This document shows positions 13,690 through 26,761 of a stretch of 64,000 nucleotides of DNA, piece after piece (within the stretch, counting starts at the first letter, position 1; the number at the start of each line of letters is the position of its first letter). The stretch comes from the human T2T-CHM13v2.0 reference genome, Homo sapiens. Under the pieces are notes generated by a model. That model did not search any database. It had not been told where the DNA came from and worked only from the letters and a program-made list of their open reading frames with translations. The position numbers were made by a program, and so were the translations under genes. The stretch is from the NCBI RefSeq assembly GCF_009914755.1, contig NC_060925.1; one strand, 5' to 3'.

Positions 13690-13870
13690 TATTATCCCAG
13701 TTAAGCCTCATAACAGTCCTGCAAGGTCATTACTATTATGCCCATTTTATGAATGAGGAACTGAGTCTTAGAGGTATGAAGTAATTTTAAGCTGGTGTGT
13801 AACAGAGCTGGGATTTGTGTTTGAACAACACAAAGCTGACACCTTTCATCCTTGTGCTGAACTGCCTCCC
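13690..13870 (-). mobile_element. MIR
   Basis: CCTCATAACAGTCCTGCAAGG…CCCATTTTATGAATGAGGAACTGAG. Confidence 0.75.
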
Positions 13871-14539
13871 ATCTAACCTATTCCAGGATCATTTAGTAGT
13901 CAGGCAGGACACAAAGAAAGCATGAGACATGACCCTCCCTCTCAAGAAGTTTACTGTCTGAGAAGAATGAAAGGAAGAACACATACTCACTGGTGGCCAA
14001 AGGAACATAAAATTAAGTGGAAAATTGTAAAGTAGAAAATTAGGGTAATTTAAGGTTTTTTTTTTTTGTCTTTTCAATAGTAAACTGAGTATCATTGAAT
14101 TAGGGGGTTTATTTTCTTTCCTATTAAATTACATGGTTGTTTTGCTGTGATTTGAACATAGTGTGAATCAGAAGCATCCTTCTGTTTGAGGTCCCAACAT
14201 GAAAAATATTTTTATTGATATCAGTGTTATAATCTTTCAAGGAGATGCAATTTGTGCATCAACATATTCTGTTTTACATATTCTATTTTGCCATTGGTCT
14301 CTAAACACACAGGTTGGAGCAGAAATAATGTAACCTGTACCTAGTACCATGTTGAATGGACAATTATTTTATCTTTTTCAGGGGCTAAGTGTAAACTAGA
14401 AAGACAAAAGGAACTGAAAGTTTAGAACGTCTTAGACAAGTACATTAGGCTAACCCTCCATTCCCAGCAGATATTTATGTTGCTAGGGAAATAAAAGCCA
14501 GAAAGACTCAGTTCTGATTGAAGAATCAATTTAGGAGGT

Positions 14540-14891
14540 TGATATGGTTTGGCTCTGTGTCCCCACCCAAATCTCATCTTGAATTGTACTCTCATAATTT
14601 CCATGTGTTGAGGGACCCAGTGGGAGATAATTGAATCGTGGGGACGGTTTCCCCTGTACTGTTCTTGTGGTAGTGACTAAGTCTCACAAGAGCTGATGGT
14701 TTTATAAGGGATTTCCACTTTTGCTTCTCTCTCATCCTCTCTTGCCAACGCCATACTGTAAGAAGTACCTTTCGCCTTCCTCCATGATTGTGAGGCCTCT
14801 CCAGCCACGTGGAATTGTGAGTCCATTAAACCTGTTTTTCTTCCCAGTCTCGGGTATGTCTTTATCAGCAGCATGAAAACAGACTAATACA
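14540..14891 (+). mobile_element. THE1A-type MaLR solo LTR
   Basis: TGATATGGTTTGG…TTTTCTTCCCAGTCTCGGGTATGTCTTTATCAGCAGC…ACTAATACA; TG…CA termini. Confidence 0.93.
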
Positions 14892-15254
14892 GAAATACAG
14901 ACGTATACATGGCCAAGGCCAAATCACTAAAACTGAGGGAGGCATTCTCTGTTTCCAATAGAAGGCTCCTTTGCGTATCCAAGTTTGCAGGCAAAGACAG
15001 ATACGTGATTATGACAGGTGAAGATGTACCCACTGTAGACCATCTTTTCTATGAAGATCGGAGTCTTTCTTGGGGAGGTGCTATCCTCACCAGGTCTCAG
15101 CTCACTGTTTAGTTGTGGTGGAAAATTCTGTTTTATTCAAAGGAAGAAATTAGATTATCCAGGATTCCATGTCTATCTAAATATCTGGTTTGCCATAAGC
15201 CACATAAGCCTCATCACCAAAATCTTTGGTCAGGACAAGATCCTCCAGAACTGT

Positions 15255-15500
15255 GCTAAGCCCTTTGTCCTTCCCAGGCCCCTATTGCAGCATTTATCAT
15301 ATTATACTTTAATTTTTTGTTTGCTTCTCTGTGTTCCTACCAGAAAATGAGCTCCATGAAGTAAAGAACTGTCTCAATTTTGTTCACCATTATATCCTAG
15401 CACCTGGCTAGCACTTAGCTAGTCTGGAACAGAATAGGTGCTCAATAAATATTTGTTAGATGGATGGATGGATGGATAAATCAATGAACAAACAAATGAA
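15255..15500 (+). mobile_element. L2 3' end with (TGGA)n tail
   Basis: GAGCTCCATGAAG…TAGGTGCTCAATAAATATTTGTT followed by (GATG)n. Confidence 0.8.
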
Positions 15501-16789
15501 TTTAATATCATTAAACTCCAAATGAACATAAGGAGTTGTGTAGCTCCTTGTGGCAATATAGTTTTCTAAACTGTCTGCTAATATACTATGGCTTTAGGAA
15601 ACACCCAGTATAACTTCATTCCCATTGTGTATAGGACTTAACCAAGACTTCACTTGTTTTTAAAGAGTCAAGAACAAACTCTCAGTCTGTCATGGAATTG
15701 CAGCTGTGAAAGCATCTTCCTTGTGTCTCTTGTTTCTTTTGAGTGGCATGTGACTTTGAATTGGCCAGAGACAATTAGTAGGTAATAGATTTTTATTATA
15801 AAATGGATTATAAAATATGAAATGAAAATGTACGTGGGCCATACAAAGGGGAAAATGAAATGGCAAACTCCATAAGACAAAGACAGATGACACAGAAAGA
15901 TGAGTAAGAAGAAAAAATTGCCTGGAGGCACTTTTTGGGGGAAGCATGTTTAAGGAAGGGCAGTCAAGTGGAAATAGGAAAAAAAGAGTAAAGTTTGTTG
16001 ATGTCATTGGAAACCCGAGATGTCCACAGCTACTGAAAGGAAATGAAATGGAACCTCTGTAGGGAGCTGAGACCAGTTTCTGAGCGAAGCATTCTGCAGC
16101 ATGCCTCCTCCCTTTTATACTCTGTCTTTGCCAGCTTCTTCTGAGGCCAGAAATAAACAAATTATTTTATTGTATTAAGCATCCATTGAGTCTCCAGTGG
16201 CACCATGGATGAATGAGGGAGTGTTAACTTTGGGTCCACTCATTTGAACTTCTCCTTGGGGAAAAGCAAGATATGAACCATTTTGAAATTTATTTTAGGA
16301 CTTTCCACTGTCCCTAAGGAGATCCTGCCTCCTTAGTAACTAGTTGGGATGTTTCTTTCTTGTCTTTAACAAACAAAACAAATAACGACAAAAAGAACTA
16401 GAAGGCCCTGGATTGGAAAAAGTTGCTATGGCTGTAGTGGAGTGAGACCATTACTGAGTTATTTGCACTTCCTCCAATGTGCCATGGTCTTTCTAATACA
16501 TAGGTCTCCTCTTAACCCAGAACAATCTTTCAAAGGACCACCTTCCTGCCCTTTGGGATTCCTCCTCCCCAAACGGGAATATGTATTCTTCCTCAGTGAT
16601 GTCTTAGAACCCTGTGCCTACCTCTGTTGTACCTCTGATCACATATTTACCTCTTATCACATATTTACTTTTAGAGCCATGGCTTATTTTAAAATATTAA
16701 ACACATTTCCCAATGTATTTGCTTATTATTGCTTCTTACATACAACTCTTCCTTCTAAATGCAGTTTCCTTTTTACAGGAATGAATAAT

Positions 16790-17345
16790 TTAGCACAGAA
16801 GTCTATGCATGGGTTCATGACAGCTTTATTTGTAACAGCCAGAAAATGGAAACCACCAAATGTTTGCAGCGAATGGTTAAACAAAATGTGGCATGTCCAT
16901 ACCATGGAATACTCTACACAGCAATAAAAACAAACAAACGATTGATACATGCAACAAAGTAGATGAATCTCAAGGGCATTATGCTGAGTAAAAGAAGCCA
17001 GTTTTTAAAAGGTCACATACTAAATGAGTCTGTTTATACAACATTCCTGAAACAACAAAATTATAGCAATGGAGAACAGATTAGTGGTTGCCAGTGGTCA
17101 GGAATGGTTGGGAGGAGGGAGATGGGTAGGACTGCAAAGGGGTTGCACACAGGAAATCTTTGTGGTGACAAAATTGTTTTATCTTGACTGTGGTAGTGGT
17201 TACTCGAATCTACGCTTGCAATGAAATGGCAGAACTATATATACATATTTTAACAATGTCAAATTCCTGGCTTTGACATTATACCATAATTCTGTGAGCT
17301 GTTAACTATTGGGAGAAACTGGGTGAAGGGTGCAGAATCTCTCTG
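16790..17345 (+). mobile_element. L1MC/MD-type LINE-1 3' fragment
   Basis: CAGCTTTATTTGTAACAGCC…GAATCTCAAGGGCATTATGCTGAGTAAAAGAAGCCAG…GGAGAAACTGGGTGAAGGGT. Confidence 0.85.
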
Positions 17346-17899
17346 GTCTTTACACAGCTTTTGATGTCTTATGGAGACGTTTCCCTCAACCCCACCCAAG
17401 TCCTGAATGGGCTTTCAAGAGTCCTAGCAGCTTCTCTGGACTGTTAGGAGAAGTATTTCCAGCACCTTCCCACAGGTAGGGCGGCTCTCCCAGGCTCTAG
17501 TAAAGACTTTAGGCAGGGAGCTCAGATTTCGCTCTGGCCTAGGGCTACATCTTGGATTATTAAATGAACATTAAAACTGCAGGCCCCAGTCCACAGGGCC
17601 CATATTCATAGGCACCTTCAGCATCGGCGTCCACTTTCTGTTATCCTTTTTGGCACCAAGAATTTCCTTTTCTTTCCATCTCAGCTATGCATCATATATT
17701 TCCTTGTGACATTTTATTCAGTACTCTTCAAGTTTTTAGTCTCGTTGTGGTGGGGGTGGTGGCTAGGGGACAGGGAGGCTGTTTTTGTCAGGTCTTATTG
17801 TTAACCCCATCACGCTGTTTATAATTGCCTGTTTGTGGTCATGTACTCCTCTCCCACAAGACTGTAAGGTTTTAGAAGGTGTTAGGGACCAGTTCAACC

Positions 17900-18188
<289 letters not shown>

Positions 18189-21039
18189 TGGTTCGAGCTT
18201 TTTCATCCGAGTTCTTACACATAGAAAGTGCTAATACATATGCATATATAATGAATGAATAAGTCAATCTCTATAGTACCGTGGAAGAGAGCCCAAGTAT
18301 GATAGTTTTAAAGTAATATAGTTTTCAAGAATACAGTCTATTTTTATTCACTTTAAAGATGTGTGTCATTGTGGTGCTTTTTGTAGCATAGTTTCTTTAA
18401 ATACAAGAACTGCATGTGGTCTATAGGTTGAATTTAATAGATTTTAAAAAAGGAACAGCATCTCCAAAGAGGAAAAAAAAAGGCATTTAAGTGTGATTCA
18501 AGAAGTATTTCCTCTCCTCACCTTGTGCTGTGCCATCCTTTGGGGATTTTAGAATTGGTGAAACAAACATTGATCGTTGAGGAGCTTGGCCTCTGGTATT
18601 GGTTCTCCAGCTATGTACTGCAGAGCTTAGAGTTCCATGGGGGACCTCTGGGGCTGAAGGGGGTTTAAGCCAGGGAGCAAGTGGTTATGTCTCTCAGCTC
18701 CTTCCCCCATCCCCCATGTGGCACAGTTGAAGATGCTCTGGCTTTGCCCTCAGTCTTCCTGGATTTGATGATGATCCCCCTCCCTACCCTGACAAGCTGA
18801 TTGGGCAGCTGCCTTCATTCTGCCTCAGGTTCATCAATCATAAAATGAAGATAATAAAGGTACCTACCTTATAGACTGTTGACGGTTGAGAAGATCTCTG
18901 AGCACAAGCAGAGTCTTTTGGACTTTGACAAAACCTAGGCACCTTTTCCTTCCTTTTTTTTCTTTTTCTTTTTTTTCCTGCAGATCTCACCATATAACAA
19001 TACAAATAATAGCACAAATTTTGATATATTATGAATTTTTCTTCAACAAAGTAATGGATTCATCACATATATAAGAATTATGCTGATTACAATGTAATTA
19101 CATGGTTAAAAAGTGATTTTGTACTGCAATATAGGTAGTATGACTGGGTAATTGAGCAGGGGTTTAAAGTTGCAGGATTGTGCCATCTTCTTTCTTTGTG
19201 ACTATATTGATAACTTCATTTAGAGATTGCATCAGAAATCCAAATTTGAGGTCACTGAGGACTAGAAGATCCTTGTAGACATTGAGCATAGTACTTTCCA
19301 GTCCTGACTATCCCATATAGGATGAAGAAAACTCCAAATTTTCTCTCTCCTCAGTAAGTCAGCCGAGTCCCTAGTGTGGAGAGGCCCCCTCCTTCAGGAC
19401 CCCAGATGTGGGGCAATTGTGAGCCTAGGGCTAGAGCATGGCTCAGGTTGACTGACCTCCTTGCACTACTGGGGAATGTAGCCTGCCTGTCCTTTTAAGT
19501 TACAGCAGACTCTTACTTTTCCAAACAGGCGCCTTTGGTTGAGGTGATTTACCTGGCTATGGGCTTCTCCATTGAGGCACTAGGGAGAGGAAAGAAACAG
19601 GGCTAAAAGCCTTCACCAAACAACATCTAAAGTAACACTGAAAACCAACAGTCTCAAAGCCATCAGCATCTTTGACTGTTTTCCCGCCACCCTCCAAATG
19701 ATCACAAGTGGAGGCCTTCTTTTACCATAGGAAGAAAGTGTGCCCCTTCTATGTGACTGACCCTGGCTGCTTGGAAATTCCTTGAGTGTCTCTCAAAGCT
19801 CGGCCTCTGAGAATACATACCACATCTTATGGCTATACACGGCAGAACATGCAGCTCAGTGAGAAGTCAGCATGTATTTCCTTTTGAGCCACCTCTAAAG
19901 TCTGGCTCTATCTTAGAACTTCTGTGATTTTGGCGAAGCCACTTCCCTACCAGGGGCCTCACTTGCTTCCTCTGAAAAATGAGGAGATTGTATGACATAA
20001 TGTTTTAAACAATTGTTTAAAACATTGGGGCATTTTCCACAGTACCTGTAAACACAACAATATATAAAATAGATAAAAGTAGAGTTGTTCCTTTTGAAGG
20101 AGGGTCTAGAGCCTGTACTCTTGTCCTCTGGAACCCCAAATCCTCTTATGTTCCTCTATAAATAGCTCCAAAAAATCCCATGGATCCAAAGAATATAATT
20201 TGATAAATATGTCTTGGGCCTTGAGGGCCCACCCAGTTATAACATTCTAGGACTCAGTGAGCGGTCAAGAAAGGCAGTGGGGTAGCCACTTGCTTCTCTT
20301 GCATTCAGCCTTTGCAGCTACTGGGCTGGCCGCTAGTCTTATGAGTATGCGCATGCCTGTGTAACCTCACGCATCACTGAATCGGGGATACAGGATGTGG
20401 CATGGCTGGGAGCTTCTTGGAAGGGCCTCCACATCCTGTGAATGTTGGGTCTTTACCTGCCAACTGCTGAGATGAACCAGTAATCCTTTCGGAGAGCACA
20501 GGCTTTTATCAATGAGGAGGATTCAAGGCTTACTTTTTCCTTCCTTCCAAATAACACTCCCACTGTTGAGGCTTAAATACCAAAACCTTATGGTTTGCAG
20601 AATCAGTGCCAAAAAGTCAATCCTCCGAGAAACTGCAAAGATAATAGCCCCTATTGATCAAATCGGGAGGAGAATAGCTTTTGAGGTTTGCCCTCCTAAA
20701 AGAGGTCGAGAAAGATAAGGGTTGGAGTTTTCTAAAACATGCTTGGTTTGCTCAAATTGGATAAAACCATATAAAAACACTTATGTTCTTAGAGAACTGG
20801 TGACCAATTCAGGAAAACCTCACAAAATGAAAAGACTGGCTTGGATTAGTGAGGCATGTGAAATGCAGTGTCTTTCTAAGAGCATGGTAAATGTGTTATT
20901 TCAAATACAGACAGTGACTTAGTAGCTAACCAAGTACATCCATGCAGAGGATGGCCACTGTCTGCCTTACTAGACAAAGGAGAGGTATGAAAGCCCTTGA
21001 GTCTCTATGCTGGACACTGTACAGGAGTCTTTTGGTCCA

Positions 21040-21170
21040 TTAGTTAATCATTATCTCAGTCCTTTGCTGCTCCCATTTTATGGATGAGAAAATAGAAGTT
21101 AAATGATGTTCAGTAACTTTCTCATGATCACAAAATTAATAAGTGTCAGATAGTAGTGTTAAAATCTGGT
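21040..21170 (-). mobile_element. MIR
   Basis: CCCATTTTATGGATGAGAAAATAGAAG…GATCACAAAATTAATAAGTG. Confidence 0.65.
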
Positions 21171-23143
21171 GTGTATTTCCATTAAATAGTCTACTGTCTT
21201 CTAAATGGCACATACACATTTGCTATTACCATAATGCTTTTGGTGAAGAGAGGCTGCCAGGCTGGTGGTAAATATACCTGGAAATGTCTCATGCTTTTGC
21301 CAGTGGTGAGGCGAATAGGAATCCATCAGTGGAGATCCTACAGGGTCAAAACTTGTGGCCGTGTCTCTCTCTGAAGCCACTGGTGGCCATGGAATTGATG
21401 GAGTTCAGCTGAGATGTGCTTGATTTTTCTCACTTAAACTTCAGTTTTCCTTTCAGTGAAGAAAAAAAGCTTATTTAACATCACTTTGTGAGGGGAGATT
21501 ATTAATATTCAACTTTCTACATAAAATAATCAGCCTTTATTTTAAAAAAATATGGCCTTGGAAGATATTATTTTTCAGGGAAGTTATTCATATTTTAAAA
21601 TATTTTATCTGTTTTTATTATCATTTTATCTGAGAAGCTGAACACGTGGTTATCTAAAGGAATGGATCTTGAAGTTGAGAACAAAACTCCCCAGAATCAG
21701 CACAATCACTTAATGAGCTTGCGAATTGAAATTATCTTTGCTACAGCCCAAGAACTGAGTGGTAATTAGTGTCCAGGGACACGTGGGGAACAATTTCAGT
21801 GTTAGCAGTGCCAAGAATCTATTCATTTGTCATTGGTCCCAAATTATATTCAATCAGCAATTCAACTCAGCTTGGAAAAACCAAGTGACATATAGCTAAC
21901 TGTCTATAAAATTAACACTGTAAAATGAAACTATATTTCTGGCTGTGAGCAGCAGTAAGATGAAGCTATGAAAATATTGCATGTAAATGCTGTCAAGGTT
22001 CATTTTAATCCCACCACTTTCCAACCTATGCTTCCTTCCCTGAAATGCCGCCTTGGCTGCCAACCTTCTATTCCCAAGCTCCCTGAAGTCTGGGTGTCGG
22101 GGTGTTTGATGAGCCTTTTCATAGGTGAACCGCAGCAGTCCATACTACTGAAAACAAGGGCTGTCATTATTGAAAGAGCCAAAGTGGGTGGCAGCAGCAT
22201 GGGGCTCAGACTGGAGTTGGGGTTGGAGTCATATGTGGAGGGCCCTGAAATGTAGACAATTAGCTCTTCTGGGGAAAGCACCTGCACGAAATACCCGTTC
22301 CCCAAACAAGGGGTTGATAACAGAAGCACTGCTTTCCACTGTGGCTTTGTAGTAAGCATTTCTCCTACTTGGGTAAAATTTTCTTTTTGTTTTCATATTT
22401 TGGAATTAAGATCCCTGCCATACTGCCTATCTGACATCTGGTCCCCTTGAAAGAGTCTATGCTATTTTTGGCTCAGGACGTTGGAGGAAACCAGGGCCAC
22501 TGTAGGTGGGGAGGTTATGTGTGGTTCATCTACTTCTTTCCCACCTGCTTCTAGGACTAGGAAAGAGGTAAGCCAAGGAGGTCTGCACAAACCAAACAAT
22601 CCTTTTGTCTCTGCTGTGGCAGGGAGATAAACTAGAAGTATGCCTTTGCAAGGTCTCAGTGAGTCAACATCCTGTTCTTGTTCAAGCTTAGTCAGTGACG
22701 ATGACATGTGGCCATTTGGCAGACAGTCACCATCAGTAAATATGGAAATACAAAAAATGTGCTTATCTCTGTGAAAAGGTGAGGCCAGAGGTAAGGTGAA
22801 AAAAAAAAGCCAGGTTTTACAGGCTTGAGTACTGGTCAGCATGGGCTGCCAGAAGGTGTGGAGTGCTAGAGTCAAAGAGACCTGGGTTTGAATTGCAATT
22901 CTTCCACTTAATAAAGTTCATCCTGCATTCTATCTCAGATCAATTTTTAGTGGCTACCTAGAGCACTGTGCTTAAAGGACTCTACGACAGATCCCAGGCT
23001 TAACAGGTAAACAGAGCCATAATTGATTAAAGATGCCTACACTGGATTGAAGTAGGAGGGATTGACAACTTGTATGCCTTATAGCTAATGACCCTGGGTC
23101 CTCTAAGGTCCTGTCCAGCCCTAATATTCTCTAGTAATGTTCT

Positions 23144-23145
<2 letters not shown>

Positions 23146-23183
<38 letters not shown>
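23146..23183. repeat. (GT)19 microsatellite
   Basis: Perfect dinucleotide run. Confidence 0.98.
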
Positions 23184-23186
<3 letters not shown>

Positions 23187-23730
23187 CATAGCCTGAGGGG
23201 AGGTTAGTATAACCCCATTACAATATATTAGTAGCGTGGCTTAAATTTTCAAAAAACAAGAACAACAACCAAGATTATTTGTATATTACAGTCTATTATT
23301 AAAGAGTTTTAACAGCCCGTAAGTACTTCTAACAGTCCATAAGTACTTCATAGTGTATTATGTCCTTTAGATTATTGATTCGTATGTTTGCTTTGATTCA
23401 TGATGGCTTTGAAAATTATATTTTAAGTTATTTACCACAAATGACTCTCTATATTCAAATACTTAGCTTTCATTTGTCTTGACCTAAAATTCCAATGTAG
23501 AGAAACGAATTTCTCTATTCACAGAAATGGTAACAATTCCAAACACGACCAGTGAAATTAGTTACAGGAGCAATGTTGTTCTTCCTTAGGAAGGCTATTA
23601 AATTTATTAGTCTAAGACTGGTCTTTCAACAAGAAAAGGAGTTTATGTTTGATTATGTGTGGTCATTTCTGCAGATTTGTTTTCTTGTTAATGTAGTATT
23701 TTAGGGGCGAGGTGTATTTTGCCCTTGTTC

Positions 23731-24794
<1,064 letters not shown>

Positions 24795-25075
24795 AGGGTT
24801 AATGTAATATTTTACATTTTAATTTTCAAGCCAGTGTTTTGAAGTAAAAATCTTCAAATCTGGCCAATAGATTGTTCATTTGGATGGCATCTAAAATGCA
24901 GGTGCCTCTACTGGCATCTAGAGCCACCATTCCAGTCTAATAAGCTATGGGATTGCCGTGGTCTCTCTCCAAAGGCAGGCCCTTTGGAAATCTCCTCTAA
25001 TGCTTCTAACAGCCTATAAATTACTATATTTAATATTGCCCTTGTCTTTCTCCCTTCCCTTCTTTTTCTTTTCAG

Positions 25076-25147
25076 AAACAGAGCTGTCAGTCAGTGCTGA
25101 ATTAGTGCCTACCTCATCATGGAACATCTCAAGTGAACTCAACAAAG
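25076..25147 (+). CDS. ROR1: ROR1 coding exon 2 (72 nt, phase 1-1), residues ~E31-D55 of the ectodomain just after the signal peptide
   Basis: Translation (G)AA ACA GAG CTG TCA GTC AGT GCT GAA TTA GTG CCT ACC TCA TCA TGG AAC ATC TCA AGT GAA CTC AAC AAA G = ETELSVSAELVPTSSWNISSELNK, which I recognise as human ROR1 (…AAAQ-ETELSVSAELVPTSSWNISSELNK-DSYLTL…). Preceded by a long polypyrimidine tract ending TTCAG (25071-75) and followed by GT (25148-49). Contains the N-I-S sequon (N47). Confidence 0.98.
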
Positions 25148-25759
25148 GTACACAGTGGGGGCACACAGGGGAGGCGAGGAAAGAGGTGTGGAACTGTTTT
25201 TAATCCTGGCATGACCTTCTTTGAAATCAACTGTTTTTCAGATCACTGCAAGGAGGTGGGGGCCAAAATAAATCCCCAGCTTACTTTGTGATCATTTAAC
25301 ATTGAATTACTTGGGATTCTATTATTTCTGGAGAGTTTCTTTCCCCCCCTCGTTCCTTTTTCTTCTTCCTCTAAAATGTTCCACATGGTAAAAATGCTTC
25401 AAGATGTGAAATAGGGTCATTTCTGACCTTTCTGACACTACATCTAGTGGATCTTATTTAGGGGATTTGATTCAGCCCAAGCCAGGATTCATCAGAGCTG
25501 TTTGCTCGGTGACCTTTCACGATGAGCATTTGATGTGCTTGCAGGGTTCAGGACCGAGTATCTGGAATGTTTGTAATTGCCTGTGCATAAGGATGGCAGC
25601 TTCCTTTGTGCACGTGGGGAACAGGTTTCTGCTAGGAGATTGTTGTTTAGCATTAATTAAGCCCCGCCATATGTTAAGCATTGGGTATTTTATAAAGACC
25701 CTATGTCCTGGAGTGGTACATCAGGACACATTCAAAACCTCTGCAGTCTGGCTCAATCT

Positions 25760-26215
25760 ACCTTTCTAGCCTTAGTTATCTTTATTCCCCTTTATGCATT
25801 TCCAGCCAAATTTCGATTTCTTCTTATACATCCTGTGCTTTTCTGCCTCTCTGCTCTCACCTTTTCACCTGGATTGCCTTCTCTTCTTTGCCAATACTCA
25901 TTCTCCCCCTTTTGCAAGGCAACAAATTACTTCTCCCTCAAGACCAAGCATAAAATTTACATTATCCAGTCTTGTCTAATCCCTCCAGCTGGAAGTGGCC
26001 TTTCCCTCTTTGAAACTCCCATAGCTCTCTTCTCTGTTCTTCTCTTCACATTTTCTATATGATGTTATGGTGATTTATATACTTATCTCACCCTTAAGCT
26101 TAGAAGTTCCTTGTAGGAGGGTTTCTATCTTACTTTTTTTTTTTTTTGGTCTCCATCACAAAATCTAGCACAAACTCTTATTTGTAGGAAATTCTCAATA
26201 AATGTGTGTGGAATG
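25760..26215 (+). mobile_element. L2 3' fragment
   Basis: Pyrimidine-rich degenerate L2 ending CTCAATAAATGTGTGTGGAATGA. Confidence 0.6.
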
Positions 26216-26400
26216 ATGAGTCACATCTTACCTGGTGAGAAGCCATAGCCATACATATTTGTGTGCAAATACATTCAGCAAACTTACTGAGTTTCTACTT
26301 TAGTTCAGGCATGATTCAAGGTTCTGAGATTACAGTGGTAAAGGGAGCTCAAAAGTCATTGTCATAAATGGTCTTTTATGATTAGCTCTCTATTGTCTAC

Positions 26401-26761
26401 TGACATAGTTTGGTTGTGTCCCCACCCAAATCTCATCTTGAATTGTAGTTCCCATAATCCCTACGTGTTGTGAGAGGGACCAGGTGGAGATAATTGAATC
26501 ATGAGGGTGGTTTCCCCCATCCTGTTCTCATAATAATGAGTTAGTTCTCATGAGATCTGATGGTTTTATAAGGGGCTTCCTCCTTCGCTGGGCACTCATT
26601 CTCTCCCCTGCCGCCCTGTGAAGAGGTGCCTTCTGTCATGATTGTAACTTTCCTGAGACCTCCCCAGCCATGTAGAACTGTGAGTCAATTAAACCTCTTT
26701 CCTTTATAAATTACCCAGTCTTGGGCAGTTCTTTATAGCAGCATGAGAACAAACTAATACA
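26401..26761 (+). mobile_element. THE1C/D-type MaLR solo LTR
   Basis: TGACATAGTTTGG…AACTAATACA with a perfect 5-bp TSD TCTAC (26396-400, 26762-66). Confidence 0.95.

Noticed and set aside
24958-25203. 81-aa ORF containing the ROR1 peptide
   Set aside because: Only 25076-25147 is exon. The flanks are the translated polypyrimidine tract and intron.
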